Shown: positions 48,966 to 59,114 of the stretch, piece after piece | How positions within the stretch are numbered: position 1 is the first letter of the stretch | Layout of the letters: each line of letters starts with the position of its first letter | Assembly (NCBI GenBank): GCA_020353515.1 | Contig: CP070695.1 | Span: forward strand, 2,390,966 to 2,454,965 | Direction: 5' to 3' | Length of the DNA stretch: 64,000 nucleotides | Origin: Candidatus Heimdallarchaeota archaeon | GTDB taxonomy: Archaea; Asgardarchaeota; Heimdallarchaeia; Hodarchaeales; Hodarchaeaceae | The notes under the pieces: model-generated | Told to the model about the DNA's origin: nothing | Seen by the model: the letters and a program-made list of their open reading frames with translations, nothing else | Database searches by the model: none | Translations under genes and position numbers: made by a program

Positions 48966-51900
48966 TCAATGTCTTCTTCGCAAGAAAACAAGTACTGATA
49001 ATATAGCAAATCCTGCAATTAACGCTGTAAAGCCTGGTGTTGATACACTAGGACGCTCGATACTTGTGGTTGATGTGGATGGTTCAGGTTCTGTTGTGGT
49101 GGGAGCCGTAGTACCGTCAGGCTCAACTGGAATCGTAGTTGTAGGTTCTGGTTCAGGTATCTCAACCGTGAACCAAACACTTGTTTCCCCTGTATTTCCG
49201 ACGAGATCACTCGTATAGATAACAAGATAATGTGAACCTTCTGATAATGACCCTAGTAAAGTATTACCTGTGATAGTTATATTTGTGGCCCCATCCAGAG
49301 AGTACCCAATCCAGGAAGCGGGTTCGTCGATTGTAAAGTCAATCCAGACTTCATCTGTTGTATATGTGACATTCATCGGACCAGCTAGGTCAATATTTGG
49401 ATTAAGGGTGTCTATTGTAAACCAATCAACAGTAAAACTACCTGAATTTCCTGCAAGATCGTTGGTATAGATGGTAACATTATGGGTGCCTTCCGAAAGG
49501 GAGTCTAGTAACTTGTTTTCTGTAATTGTCACATTTGCAGCCCCATCGAGAGAATACCCAATCCACGAAGTGGGTTCATTCACAGTAAAGTTTAACCAAA
49601 TACTGGAGCTGGAATAACCTTGATTGGTAGGATTAGTAATGGTTATCTTAGGTGGATTAACGTCGTATTGACCCCATACTCGGAAGGAAAAATCAAACCC
49701 AGGATCTGATTCTTCTAAGCTACTGATTCCCCGATAATAATTGGAACTCACTCCAGGGATACCTCTCCAGTAATAACGATTTGCTGGTCCAGTAGATGGG
49801 GTATCAGTGCAAATGGAAATGTTGTAGGACTGACCAGCTATTAAGTGTAATGAACCAGGGATCGAGATATTCACCCAACCCAAAATGGTGATATCAGTTG
49901 GAAGTATCATTGTTTGCCATAGAATGTTTTGACCTTGTGATATATTAATCAAAACATTGCCAGGATCTCCATCTCTTGTGATATAAAGATCTAACCGTGT
50001 TAAGGTATCATAGACTGGGATAAATTCTTGCCAGCGGATTAAATCCTCATCAAGCATGACAGAAAGGCCTGTACTATCTTGGACTTGATCTAAATATGCA
50101 CTTCTATCGCAGAACAACCCTGTGGTCTTGAACGCATAGTCGAATGTAGGATTACTTGCCTGTTTATTAGTAATTCCCCGTGTATAATTAGATATTGGAT
50201 GGCCCATCCATAAATAATATTGGGTCAAAGGGATGTAGGGATCCTCACTCCGTACATAAATATAGTAAGAATTCTCTGGAATTAATGACAATGGCGCAGG
50301 GAAAGATATACTCACCCAACCTTCTGTCACAGGCATATCAGCTTCGAAGATAGTAGTAATCCAGAGTGTTGATTGATCATCAGTAATATTCACTAGGACA
50401 TTCCCAGGATCACCAATTCTTTTGAAGTAGAGGTCTAGTTGAGTTAACGTGGAATAATATGGTTTGAATTCTTGCCACGCATTCCAAGAATTACTAAAGA
50501 AATAACCTTCATCAATACTATCCTGGATTTGATCTGTAAACCCACTAAGATCACTCGATCGGATCCATGTCCGAAACGCGTAGTCATATGTAGGCCAACC
50601 TGACTGCACATTTGTATCACCTCGAGTATAATTGGATACAATGTGACCGCTCCAGGCATAATAATGTGTACCTGAAACCATAGGATCAACACTCCGAATA
50701 TAGATATAGTAGGAATTTCCAGGAATTAAAGGAAGAGCGGATAGGAAGGAAATACTCACCCAGCCACCTGGTGCTGGGATCTCCGCTTGGGAGACAGTGG
50801 TATTCCAAACAGTGGTCTGACCATCGGTAATATTCACCAAAACATTCCCTGGATCCCCCATTCTCTGGATATTGAGATCAAGTTGAGTTAACGGGGCAAA
50901 TAATGGTACAAATTCTTGCCATGCGTTCCATGAATCAGTAAAAGCAAAACCATAATTCACAGCTTCTTGTACTTGGTCTAGGTAAGTAGCTGTATCACTT
51001 GGAGTACTCCATGTTCTGAAAGCAAAGTCATATGTGGGCCAACCATCACCAACACTAGGCATTCCTCTATAATAATTGGACTTAATAAATCCCCTCCAGA
51101 CATACTGGTTGTCAACATCAGGAGAAGGAGCATCACTTCCAACAGAAATAAAATATGATTGTTCAGGAACCAAAGGGAGGGCAGGATCAACTGAAATGTT
51201 TATCCAACCAAAAGTGTTGATATCTGCTTCCAAGATGGTGGTATTCCAAAGCGTTCTGTGTCCATCACTTATTTTAATTTGCATATTCCCAGGATTGCCG
51301 TATTTGTTAATATAAAGATCCAAACGAGTCAGGGTTGAATATAAAGGCTTGAATTCTTGCCAGCGGATTACTTCAGCTTCAAACCAAAAGCCGTAATTAA
51401 CTCCGTTTTGTGTCTGGTCTAAATATATCTCTCTGTCATTTGATAGACTCCATGTCACAAAAGTAAAATCAAAATTAGGTTGAGTAGTGATGCTACTAAC
51501 TCCGCGTGTATAATTAGAGTTGAGATGCCCATCCCAAGTATATCGATCACTAGTGGATGTAGAATCTGTGTCACTCCTAACATAGATGTAATACAACCGC
51601 TCTGGGATTAAAGGAAGCGCTGATTCCAGAGTAATGTTCACCCAAGTAGCCCCACTCATAATATTTGCTTCCAATACAGTGGTGTTCCATAAGGATTGCT
51701 GGCCATCTGTAATGTTAACCAACATATTCCCAGGATTACCAATTTTATCAACATTAAGATCTAATCGAGTTAAAGTAGAATACATTGGTCTGAACTCCTG
51801 CCAGCGAATTACTGTGTCATCAAACCAATAACCATAGTTCTCGTCTCCCTGTGTTTGGTCTAGATCTTCACCTATCTCATAAGCTCCTGATGTTTGAAAT

Positions 51901-51986
51901 ATAAAAAAGCCTGATATAATCAGCAAGAACATTCCTAAAATTAAGAACATTGACTTTTTCTGTCTTTTAATAGTGAACATTATCAT
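48966..51986 (-). CDS. Cell-surface glycoprotein: five ~150-aa repeats, two Ig-like domains, Thr/Pro/Glu linker, PGF-CTERM-like sorting signal
   Basis: Signal peptide; five LDQ.Q...WQEF.P...TL..LDL...G.PGN...SNY.RG...D..F.TW units; two WIGYSLDG units; STPGF-TM-RRRH C-terminus. Confidence 0.88.
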   Translation of the reverse strand: MIMFTIKRQKKSMFLILGMFLLIISGFFIFQTSGAYEIGEDLDQTQGDENYGYWFDDTVIRWQEFRPMYSTLTRLDLNVDKIGNPGNMLVNITDGQQSLWNTTVLEANIMSGATWVNITLESALPLIPERLYYIYVRSDTDSTSTSDRYTWDGHLNSNYTRGVSSITTQPNFDFTFVTWSLSNDREIYLDQTQNGVNYGFWFEAEVIRWQEFKPLYSTLTRLDLYINKYGNPGNMQIKISDGHRTLWNTTILEADINTFGWINISVDPALPLVPEQSYFISVGSDAPSPDVDNQYVWRGFIKSNYYRGMPSVGDGWPTYDFAFRTWSTPSDTATYLDQVQEAVNYGFAFTDSWNAWQEFVPLFAPLTQLDLNIQRMGDPGNVLVNITDGQTTVWNTTVSQAEIPAPGGWVSISFLSALPLIPGNSYYIYIRSVDPMVSGTHYYAWSGHIVSNYTRGDTNVQSGWPTYDYAFRTWIRSSDLSGFTDQIQDSIDEGYFFSNSWNAWQEFKPYYSTLTQLDLYFKRIGDPGNVLVNITDDQSTLWITTIFEADMPVTEGWVSISFPAPLSLIPENSYYIYVRSEDPYIPLTQYYLWMGHPISNYTRGITNKQASNPTFDYAFKTTGLFCDRSAYLDQVQDSTGLSVMLDEDLIRWQEFIPVYDTLTRLDLYITRDGDPGNVLINISQGQNILWQTMILPTDITILGWVNISIPGSLHLIAGQSYNISICTDTPSTGPANRYYWRGIPGVSSNYYRGISSLEESDPGFDFSFRVWGQYDVNPPKITITNPTNQGYSSSSIWLNFTVNEPTSWIGYSLDGAANVTITENKLLDSLSEGTHNVTIYTNDLAGNSGSFTVDWFTIDTLNPNIDLAGPMNVTYTTDEVWIDFTIDEPASWIGYSLDGATNITITGNTLLGSLSEGSHYLVIYTSDLVGNTGETSVWFTVEIPEPEPTTTIPVEPDGTTAPTTTEPEPSTSTTSIERPSVSTPGFTALIAGFAILSVLVFLRRRH
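49670..51865 (-). repeat. Five tandem ~445-nt intragenic domain repeats
   Basis: Recurring aattcttgcca-like (WQEF) element at about 50025, 50470, 50910, 51355 and 51795. Confidence 0.85.
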
Positions 51987-52184
51987 ATTAATTATTATCT
52001 CCTTGCATGTAAGTGATGACTCTTAAAAATTCTCCTTCCCGATGTATAAATAATTTTCTAAATGAAGGATTTTCTCTCGTCTATAAGGATAAGGAATCCC
52101 AACATTAAAGAGAAGGAGATTAATTCAATTTTATACCAAGTAAATATCATAAAATAAAAAAGAAAGTATTACGGGGTAATTTTT

Positions 52185-53225
52185 ATGCCAATTGAAACAA
52201 AAATTACCAATATGTTCGGAATTAAACATCCTATTATTGCTGCACCAATGGCTCCTTTCCACACTACTGAGCTAACTATTGCGGTTTCCGAAGCAGGGGG
52301 ATTAGGTGTTCTTTCTCAAATTGGTCTTCTAGATGAGGACAGAAATCCTGTTGATGTGATGAAAAAGAATATGCAGTATGTTGTTGAACATACAGACAAA
52401 CCTTTCGGATTTAATATTCGAACTTCTAGATTAGAACCCTTTGCATCAGCTTTATGTTCTGAAATCCCAAAATTCATCCTAGGAAATCGAAGAATAAAGG
52501 AGCAGTGCGTTTATGCTCTAACAAGTGCAGGCTCACCAAAACCACTCCCAAGTTCTAAATCGTTTCAGGAATTGAAAAGGAGCTCTCAGATTAAGCATTT
52601 TCATGTTGCGCCAGCTTTATGGTTAGCTAAAAAATGTGTTGATACTGAAGTCGACGGATTAGTTGTTACAGGTAATGAAGGGGGTGGACATCAATCATAT
52701 GAAAAGGTGAGTTCCCTTGTACTTCTTCAGCAAGTACAGCAAGAATTTCCAAATATTCCCCGTATTGCATGTGGAGGTTTTGCGACAGGTGAGGGATTAG
52801 CTGCAGCTCTATCACTTGGAGCAGGCGCAATTGCCATGGGATCCCGTTTTATCGCTTCAAAAGAATGTGAATTTCATGATACATACAAGAATGTCGTTCC
52901 ACCTGCTAAAGCTCAAGATACCATACTTGTTACAGGGATATTAGGTCCTATTCGACTGTGGAAGAATAAGTATAGTCTCCACCACGATTTGGTAGCTACT
53001 AAGGAGGAAAAGATAACCCAGGAATCAGGGATGGATAAAGAAGAATTGGGGGCAGCAGCACGAGCATATGATTTAGCATACCAAGGAAATGTCGATGATG
53101 GGGCAGTTCTTCTAGGACAAAGTATTGGTCTGATTGAAAGCATTGAAAATGTTTCAGTTATAATTGAAAGAATAGTGAGAGACGCTGAAAAAGCGATTAA
53201 AGATACAGTAAGTTATTTCAAATGA
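52185..53225 (+). CDS. Nitronate monooxygenase / FabK-like flavoprotein
   Basis: HPIIAAPM, VSEAGGLG, EGGGH, ACGG, MGSRF, GQSIGLI. Confidence 0.9.
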   Translation: MPIETKITNMFGIKHPIIAAPMAPFHTTELTIAVSEAGGLGVLSQIGLLDEDRNPVDVMKKNMQYVVEHTDKPFGFNIRTSRLEPFASALCSEIPKFILGNRRIKEQCVYALTSAGSPKPLPSSKSFQELKRSSQIKHFHVAPALWLAKKCVDTEVDGLVVTGNEGGGHQSYEKVSSLVLLQQVQQEFPNIPRIACGGFATGEGLAAALSLGAGAIAMGSRFIASKECEFHDTYKNVVPPAKAQDTILVTGILGPIRLWKNKYSLHHDLVATKEEKITQESGMDKEELGAAARAYDLAYQGNVDDGAVLLGQSIGLIESIENVSVIIERIVRDAEKAIKDTVSYFK

Positions 53226-53338
53226 TGAAATTATACAAAATAGATTGAGGGATTTATACAAAAAATAAACACAAAGTTGGTTTACATACAATCCTCTCTG
53301 AAACCCAGAAGGTACCACACTATCTACGTGATAAAATC

Positions 53339-55057
53339 ATGATTTCACCAAATTCTGAAAAAGACCATTTAGGAAAAGACTTCATTCGTAAAATGATTTC
53401 GGAAGATGTGAAAAATAATAAAAACAATGGCCGAGTCCATACCCGTTTTCCTCCTGAACCAAATGGCTGGCTCCATATAGGCCATGCAAAATCAATTCAT
53501 CTCAATTTCACTATCGCAGAAGAATTCAATGGATTATGTAATTTACGGTTTGATGATACTGATCCGGCAAAAGAAAGTATGGAATACGTTGAAGCCATAA
53601 AAAAAGATGTTCAATGGCTTGGGTTCGATTGGGAGGATAGACTCTATTTTGCTTCAGATTATTTTGAACAGTTATATCAATTTGCTATAGAACTGATTAA
53701 AGCTGGTAAAGCGTATATCTGTGATTTGAGTGTTTCCGAAATTAAAGAACAAAGAGGAACCTCTGAAGAACCAGGGATTGAAAGTCCGTATCGGAACCGA
53801 TCAGTAGAGGAAAATATTGATTTATTCGAGAGGATGCGTAAAGGAGAGTTTGAAGACGGTTCCCGAGTGTTACGGGCTAAGATTGATATGACTTCTCCTA
53901 ATATGCTAATGCGTGATCCAATTATGTACCGAATCAAGAGAGAAGCACATTATAGAACTGGAAACGATTGGGTAATTTATCCCAGTTATGATTATACTCA
54001 CGGTCAGTCTGATGCAATCGAAGGAATCACACATTCACTCTGTTCTTTGGAATTCGAAACTCATAGACCTCTTTATAATTGGTATAGAGATCAATTGTTA
54101 ACTTTAAACTTACTTAAATTCTGCCCAGAGCAGACTGAATTTTCACGATTGAACTTGACATATACTGTTATGAGCAAACGACGCTTATTAGAATTGGTTG
54201 AAGGTGGACATGTTTCTGGTTGGGATGATCCCCGTATGCCAACTCTTGCTGGTTTACGAAGACGTGGACTGCCCCCTGAAGCTATTAGGCGTTTCTTAGC
54301 AAAAGTAGGCATTTCTAAAAGGGAGAACTATATTGATGTGGGTCTCTTAGAATCCTGTATTCGTGAGGAATTGGATGAAACGTGTAAACGTGTGATGGCT
54401 GTATTACGGCCTTTAAAGGTTATCATCCTGAATTATCCTGAAGGTGTTGTTGAAGAGTTAGAGGCATCCAATCATCCTAAAGATTCAAGTATGGGCTCGC
54501 GAAAAATTCCATTTTCACGGATACTGTATATAGAGCGTGATGATTTTCTTGAAGATCCACCTAAAAAGTTCTATCGATTAGCTCCTGGAAGAGAAGTCCG
54601 ATTACGATATGCCTATTTCATCAAATGTGTTGATGTTATCAAAGACGGAATAAATGGCGAGATTAAAGAAGTACATGTGACTTATGATCCAGAGACTAAA
54701 GGAGGATTTGCTCCAGATGGACGTAAAGTGAAAGCTACTCTCCACTGGGTTTCAGCGAACCATGCAATTCCTGCAGAAGCACGTTTATATGATCGGCTTT
54801 TTATTAAGGAAAATCCAATGGACGATGCTAACTTCATTAAAAATCTAAATACTGATTCATTAGAGAAGCTAACCTGTTTTGTGGAATCAAGTCTTGTGAG
54901 TGCGGCTCCAGGAATGAGATACCAATTTGAACGATTAGGATATTTCTGCGTGGATTCAGTTGACTCCTCAGGTAAACGACTGGTCTTCAATCGAACAATA
55001 ACTTTACGCGATACTTGGTCTAAGCTCAAACAATCCCAAAAAAGGATGAAAAAATAA
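53339..55057 (+). CDS. glnS: Glutamine--tRNA ligase (bacterial-type GlnRS)
   Basis: [45 protein letters not shown] (GlnRS-specific; GluRS has HxxRG here), [39 protein letters not shown]. Confidence 0.95.
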   Translation: MISPNSEKDHLGKDFIRKMISEDVKNNKNNGRVHTRFPPEPNGWLHIGHAKSIHLNFTIAEEFNGLCNLRFDDTDPAKESMEYVEAIKKDVQWLGFDWEDRLYFASDYFEQLYQFAIELIKAGKAYICDLSVSEIKEQRGTSEEPGIESPYRNRSVEENIDLFERMRKGEFEDGSRVLRAKIDMTSPNMLMRDPIMYRIKREAHYRTGNDWVIYPSYDYTHGQSDAIEGITHSLCSLEFETHRPLYNWYRDQLLTLNLLKFCPEQTEFSRLNLTYTVMSKRRLLELVEGGHVSGWDDPRMPTLAGLRRRGLPPEAIRRFLAKVGISKRENYIDVGLLESCIREELDETCKRVMAVLRPLKVIILNYPEGVVEELEASNHPKDSSMGSRKIPFSRILYIERDDFLEDPPKKFYRLAPGREVRLRYAYFIKCVDVIKDGINGEIKEVHVTYDPETKGGFAPDGRKVKATLHWVSANHAIPAEARLYDRLFIKENPMDDANFIKNLNTDSLEKLTCFVESSLVSAAPGMRYQFERLGYFCVDSVDSSGKRLVFNRTITLRDTWSKLKQSQKRMKK

Positions 55058-55094
55058 TTTATCCTTTTATCACAAAAATCTAGTAATTTTACGT

Positions 55095-55112
55095 CCTTTT
55101 CATGTTAAAAGG
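55095..55112. terminator. Short hairpin between the converging glnS and tRNA genes
   Basis: CCTTTT-catgtt-AAAAGG inverted repeat. Confidence 0.3.
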
Positions 55113-55116
55113 GTGA

Positions 55117-55188
55117 CAGCCCCGCCCAGAATCGAACTGGGGTTATAGGATTCAGAGTCCTAAGTGATAACCGCTACACCACGGGGCT
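55117..55188 (-). tRNA. tRNA-Gln(CTG)
   Basis: AGCCCCG/CGGGGCT acceptor, TAGGA-CTCTGAA-TCCTA anticodon arm, CCCAG-TTCGATT-CTGGG T arm; discriminator G; no encoded CCA; no intron. Confidence 0.96.
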
Positions 55189-55233
55189 CATCATGCGAAT
55201 CATCATATTTAAGTCAAGTATAGAAGAAAGAAA

Positions 55234-55306
55234 CAGCCCCGCCCAGATTTGAACTGGGGTCGAGAGGGTCAAAGCCTCTTATGCTAGTCCACTACACCAC
55301 GGGGCT
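55234..55306 (-). tRNA. tRNA-Gln(TTG)
   Basis: AGCCCCG/CGGGGCT acceptor, AGAGG-CTTTGAC-CCTCT anticodon arm, CCCAG-TTCAAAT-CTGGG T arm; discriminator G; no encoded CCA. Confidence 0.96.
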
Positions 55307-55410
55307 TCAATATCTTTCTTTTTCTGATTGATAATATCCACTCTCAAAAATCTATATATCTGTTACTTTTGAATTGATTCTCTCAAAGAACCCTTTAAAT
55401 TTCTCTGAAT

Positions 55411-56904
55411 TTAATTTCCATTATTTTTAGGAATTGAGAAAGAAAAATTACTGCCTCCATCTTCTCCTTCTGATTCAACCCAGATTCTCCCCTCATGTAA
55501 TTCGACAATGGATCTTGAAATATAAAGACCTAATCCAAGTCCTTGACCTTGAACCCTGGTGACATTTTCGTTCTTTTGTAAATCAAAAATATTATCAAAA
55601 TCATCAGGATGAATTCCTCTTCCCTCATCTTTAACTGAAATCACGTACTCATGTGTAGTTTCTCTTATTGTAACGACAATTTCCCCCTCATCAGAAAATT
55701 TGACTGAGTTTTCTATCAAGTTGCGGAGTACTTGGTCAATCCTGTCTGGATCAATGTTTACTTTGTCAAATGATTCATCATCTTGTATCATATAACTTAT
55801 CTTCAGGTTATTTTTCTCAACATATTTTTGCATATTTTTTACTGTATTCACAACAATTTCTCTCAAATCAACTAACTCTTTTTCTAATTCAAATAAACCT
55901 CTCCTCAAACGAGCTAAATCATAACTCATATCGGTCATTTTTTCTATTCGATGATAATTTCTTTGAATAACATTGAATGTTTTTTGACGTTGTTCCTTAG
56001 TTAAATTTCCTTTGTTTTCATCCCGATGGAGTAACTCGATATTCCCCCACATTATAGATAATGGTGTCCGCATCTCATGTGAGGCAAAATCCATCAACTG
56101 ATTCTTAATTTCATCTAATTCCTTTAATTCTTCAAGTTGGAATTCAATAATCTGCCACGCGATATCCCTTAGGTGTTTCCGAGTAAGGACAATTATAATA
56201 ATACAGATTACTAATCCAACGGTATTTAAAACCCCTCCAATAAATAAGAAGTCTGTTGTCCGTCCAATGGCTTTGATTGTTTCCCCAATTCTACCAAACA
56301 ACCATGCAACAGCAAAGAACTTCAAATATTCCTGTTTTACAAGGAATTTTCCTTTTTTGGGGAAAAAAATGTTCGAAAACCTTTGTGAAAAGCAGGTTAT
56401 TACAAAAAATCCAATTATTGATTCTGCTACCAATAGAAATAGGAAGTACCATATATCTGTCAAGAACAATTGAAAAACCGATGCAAGGATCAGAGTTCCC
56501 CGATCAAGTAGTAAATATCTAAGTATGGAGAAAAAACCAAAAAACAAGCAAATTCCAACAAGAATTTTCTGAATTGTGTTTTGATATGAGAATTCTGCTT
56601 CTGCAATTACAAATAAAGATAGAAAAATTAACAAGGAAGTAATTGAAATTATTGTTAAGACACTAGTAACAGTATTGAAAAATTCTAATCCTTGGCTGTA
56701 CAAAGAGACATAGAGATACTGAGTAAAGTGATAACCAGTCATAGCACTGTAGGTGACTAATAAAGCTTTGTTTATCTGCGTACGAAGGTCTTGACCATCA
56801 AGAAGATAGAATAATCCCATGAAAAGGAACAACAAGGATAAAATGGTATTAGATACGTATATAAACGATAAATATATATTTGTTAATGTGATAGCCAATA
56901 CCAT
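55411..56904 (-). CDS. Multi-TM (about 7) sensor histidine kinase
   Basis: ASHEMRTPL H-box, NLIENSVKF, DEGRGI, GLGLGL. Confidence 0.94.
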   Translation of the reverse strand: MVLAITLTNIYLSFIYVSNTILSLLFLFMGLFYLLDGQDLRTQINKALLVTYSAMTGYHFTQYLYVSLYSQGLEFFNTVTSVLTIISITSLLIFLSLFVIAEAEFSYQNTIQKILVGICLFFGFFSILRYLLLDRGTLILASVFQLFLTDIWYFLFLLVAESIIGFFVITCFSQRFSNIFFPKKGKFLVKQEYLKFFAVAWLFGRIGETIKAIGRTTDFLFIGGVLNTVGLVICIIIIVLTRKHLRDIAWQIIEFQLEELKELDEIKNQLMDFASHEMRTPLSIMWGNIELLHRDENKGNLTKEQRQKTFNVIQRNYHRIEKMTDMSYDLARLRRGLFELEKELVDLREIVVNTVKNMQKYVEKNNLKISYMIQDDESFDKVNIDPDRIDQVLRNLIENSVKFSDEGEIVVTIRETTHEYVISVKDEGRGIHPDDFDNIFDLQKNENVTRVQGQGLGLGLYISRSIVELHEGRIWVESEGEDGGSNFSFSIPKNNGN

Positions 56905-57078
56905 TTCACCTTATATCAAAATTCGAGATTTTTGGAAGCACTCTTAAATTAACCCAAAATATAACTTCAAGATTAGAGTGTCCTCTTTTCTCTAAATCAA
57001 CAATATTATGTAAAAATAACTAAACATATCTAGAGAACTTGTTCTGAAATTCAGCAAAAAAATTGATTTATTGCCTAG

Positions 57079-58236
57079 TTAAGATACAGGTTTCCACAAA
57101 ATGCCAAGCTCTTCAGCTTTATCACGAGCTAGGGTCAATTCTTCAAAGGTAATCCCTCGATTGATTTCGTTAAACTTATCACTGTGCCTACGAACCTGAT
57201 GCATTGGCCGATATTGCCCCATTATATTAACCAACGCTTTTGGGACGTTTTTAGCACACCATTCTAAGATTGGGTAAGTATCAGCTTCTATTCGCCCTGG
57301 CATTACTAAATGTCGAATTACAATCTCACCAGATCCTTGATCGTGCGCCATTTTTATGTTCCGAGTAATTACTTCCCAATAATTTGGGATTTTGGACATC
57401 CGTTGAGCAAAATGGTTATCAGCGTATTTTAAATCAGGAAGCCAGAAATCCATGACTTCTAGCAAAAGTTTCATCCCCTCAATACTAAGATACATATTTG
57501 AATTCCATAATTGACAAATATTAACCTTGAAATCATGTAAAGAATACAGAATAACATGAAGGTTCGAGGTAGGATCACCACCAACCCAATTAATGTTCCG
57601 GGCTCCTTCACGTGCTAGTGCTCCTGCTATAAGGGCAATTTGTTGAGGAGTTCGATCAACCCCGTCAAGAATTTCCCCACTTTTTGTATCTCGCCATTCT
57701 TGACTTATGGAATGATTCTGACAAAAAACACATTTAAATGTGCATCCTGAGAAAAAAATTGTTCCTGAAGGTCTTAAGACTGTCTCTTCTCCTGTATGCA
57801 GAAAAGCAGAACTAACAATTGCATCCTTTCCTACTTTACAAACACCAAGTTCCCCAGTTTCACGATTTTTCTGACATTTACGCTCACAAAAACAACATTC
57901 TTTCAGCATCTCATTAGCAATTTTAATCTTCAAATCAAGAAAGGAAGGCTTTACTGATGCCGGAACTTTATTTGAGTGAACTCCTTGATCATATTCTGTT
58001 ATAAAGGATGAAAATTCTTGAGTCAATCGTTCGTGTTCTTGCCAGAGAGTAGATAAATCACTATTTAATTTGATATCTGTCGAAATTCCTTTTGCTAAAA
58101 GATAGCGTGCGATTTTTTCTTCTTTAATTAGTTGATAATAGCGGTTTAGGCGACTAACAACTTCAGGGATTTTCCATACAGAAACAGAATCAGGTCGTGT
58201 ACGCCACATTTTTCTCTGATATATTTTGAACCTCAC
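57079..58236 (-). CDS. Radical SAM protein, PflX-like
   Basis: CCFCERKC..NR, HTGEE, SGTIFFSGCTFKCVFCQN..IS, LPDLKY, IRHLVMPG, MGQYRP. Confidence 0.9.
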   Translation of the reverse strand: MRFKIYQRKMWRTRPDSVSVWKIPEVVSRLNRYYQLIKEEKIARYLLAKGISTDIKLNSDLSTLWQEHERLTQEFSSFITEYDQGVHSNKVPASVKPSFLDLKIKIANEMLKECCFCERKCQKNRETGELGVCKVGKDAIVSSAFLHTGEETVLRPSGTIFFSGCTFKCVFCQNHSISQEWRDTKSGEILDGVDRTPQQIALIAGALAREGARNINWVGGDPTSNLHVILYSLHDFKVNICQLWNSNMYLSIEGMKLLLEVMDFWLPDLKYADNHFAQRMSKIPNYWEVITRNIKMAHDQGSGEIVIRHLVMPGRIEADTYPILEWCAKNVPKALVNIMGQYRPMHQVRRHSDKFNEINRGITFEELTLARDKAEELGILWKPVS

Positions 58237-58309
58237 ATATTAAAAAATGTCTAGAAGATTATAGGATTCTATTCTGTGATAACCACATTTTCAAGAATGT
58301 ACAGACATT

Positions 58310-59101
58310 TTACAGAAATGTGAGTAAGAATAATGTTGAAATACCGACTAATATGAAAATTAAACCCATAGCAAATGTTAAAGTTGTTTCATTTAACCTG
58401 TTTGAAAATACGGAACCCACACTACCACTAATTACCGCCCCAATGCTAATAATCAATCCATATTCAAAATTAATGTATCCCTGAATTGAATACCCTATCA
58501 CACCTGAAAGAGCAATGATTGCCATGATCGCTGTCGCTGTCCCAACAGCAGTATGAGGGGGATACTGGAATATCACCAATAACACGAAAATTATCATCAT
58601 CCCGCCCCCTGCTCCAAATATTCCACTCATTAAACCGATAAATAATCCGATCGATGATATAACAATCTCTTTTTGCCGTTCTGACTGAAATATTACTTTT
58701 TGTGATCCTGTTTTTTCAGGAGTCTTTCGTTGTTTGAAACTCCTAAACAGGATGATTATCCCGATTCCAATGAAAATCAAGCAAACTAAATTACTTAAAG
58801 AAGCTTCACCTGTATTTACAGCCACTAGTACTCCTATTTGGGAACCCACTAAGGCAGTAATAATTAATAGGAGAGTAGCGCGTAAATCGACTTTTTCCTT
58901 ACGAAAAAAAGATATAGCAACAATGGTGGCACCAACCATATCAACGAATAAACTTGTTCCAATCGCAGAATAGATTGACGTTGAGTAGAATAGGAGGAGG
59001 ATAGGGACAACAAACACAGATCCGCTTACGCCAAGAAGACTGATAATAAGTCCCACAGCTAATCCTAATATCAAGAGGCTACTTAGAGTTAAGAAATCCA
59101 A
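58310..59101 (-). CDS. TauE/SafE family sulfite exporter-like protein
   Basis: LLGVSGSVFVVP, AIGTSL, IFGAGGG, AVGTA duplicated halves. Confidence 0.9.
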   Translation of the reverse strand: MDFLTLSSLLILGLAVGLIISLLGVSGSVFVVPILLLFYSTSIYSAIGTSLFVDMVGATIVAISFFRKEKVDLRATLLLIITALVGSQIGVLVAVNTGEASLSNLVCLIFIGIGIIILFRSFKQRKTPEKTGSQKVIFQSERQKEIVISSIGLFIGLMSGIFGAGGGMMIIFVLLVIFQYPPHTAVGTATAIMAIIALSGVIGYSIQGYINFEYGLIISIGAVISGSVGSVFSNRLNETTLTFAMGLIFILVGISTLFLLTFL

Positions 59102-59114
59102 CGTTTTTCACCTC

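Noticed and set aside
49670-51865. Regularly spaced repeats as a possible CRISPR array
   Set aside because: The period is about 445 nt, degenerate and in frame within one ORF; no cas genes are present.
53339-55057. Alternative call as archaeal glutamyl-tRNA synthetase
   Set aside because: It has HSLCSLEF and YDYTH rather than the HxxRG signature, and lacks the archaeal GluRS N-terminal extension.
55058-55410. tRNA pair as a possible integration site or att duplication for glnS
   Set aside because: Both copies are complete tRNAs with different anticodons; no integrase or partial tRNA repeat was seen in the window.
2255-58973. Many 60-120 aa ORFs antisense to or nested within long genes (e.g. 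4248..4436, 9762..10055, 27958..28326, 39584..39934, 54682..55029)
   Set aside because: Shadow ORFs of well-supported genes, with no motifs or independent starts.
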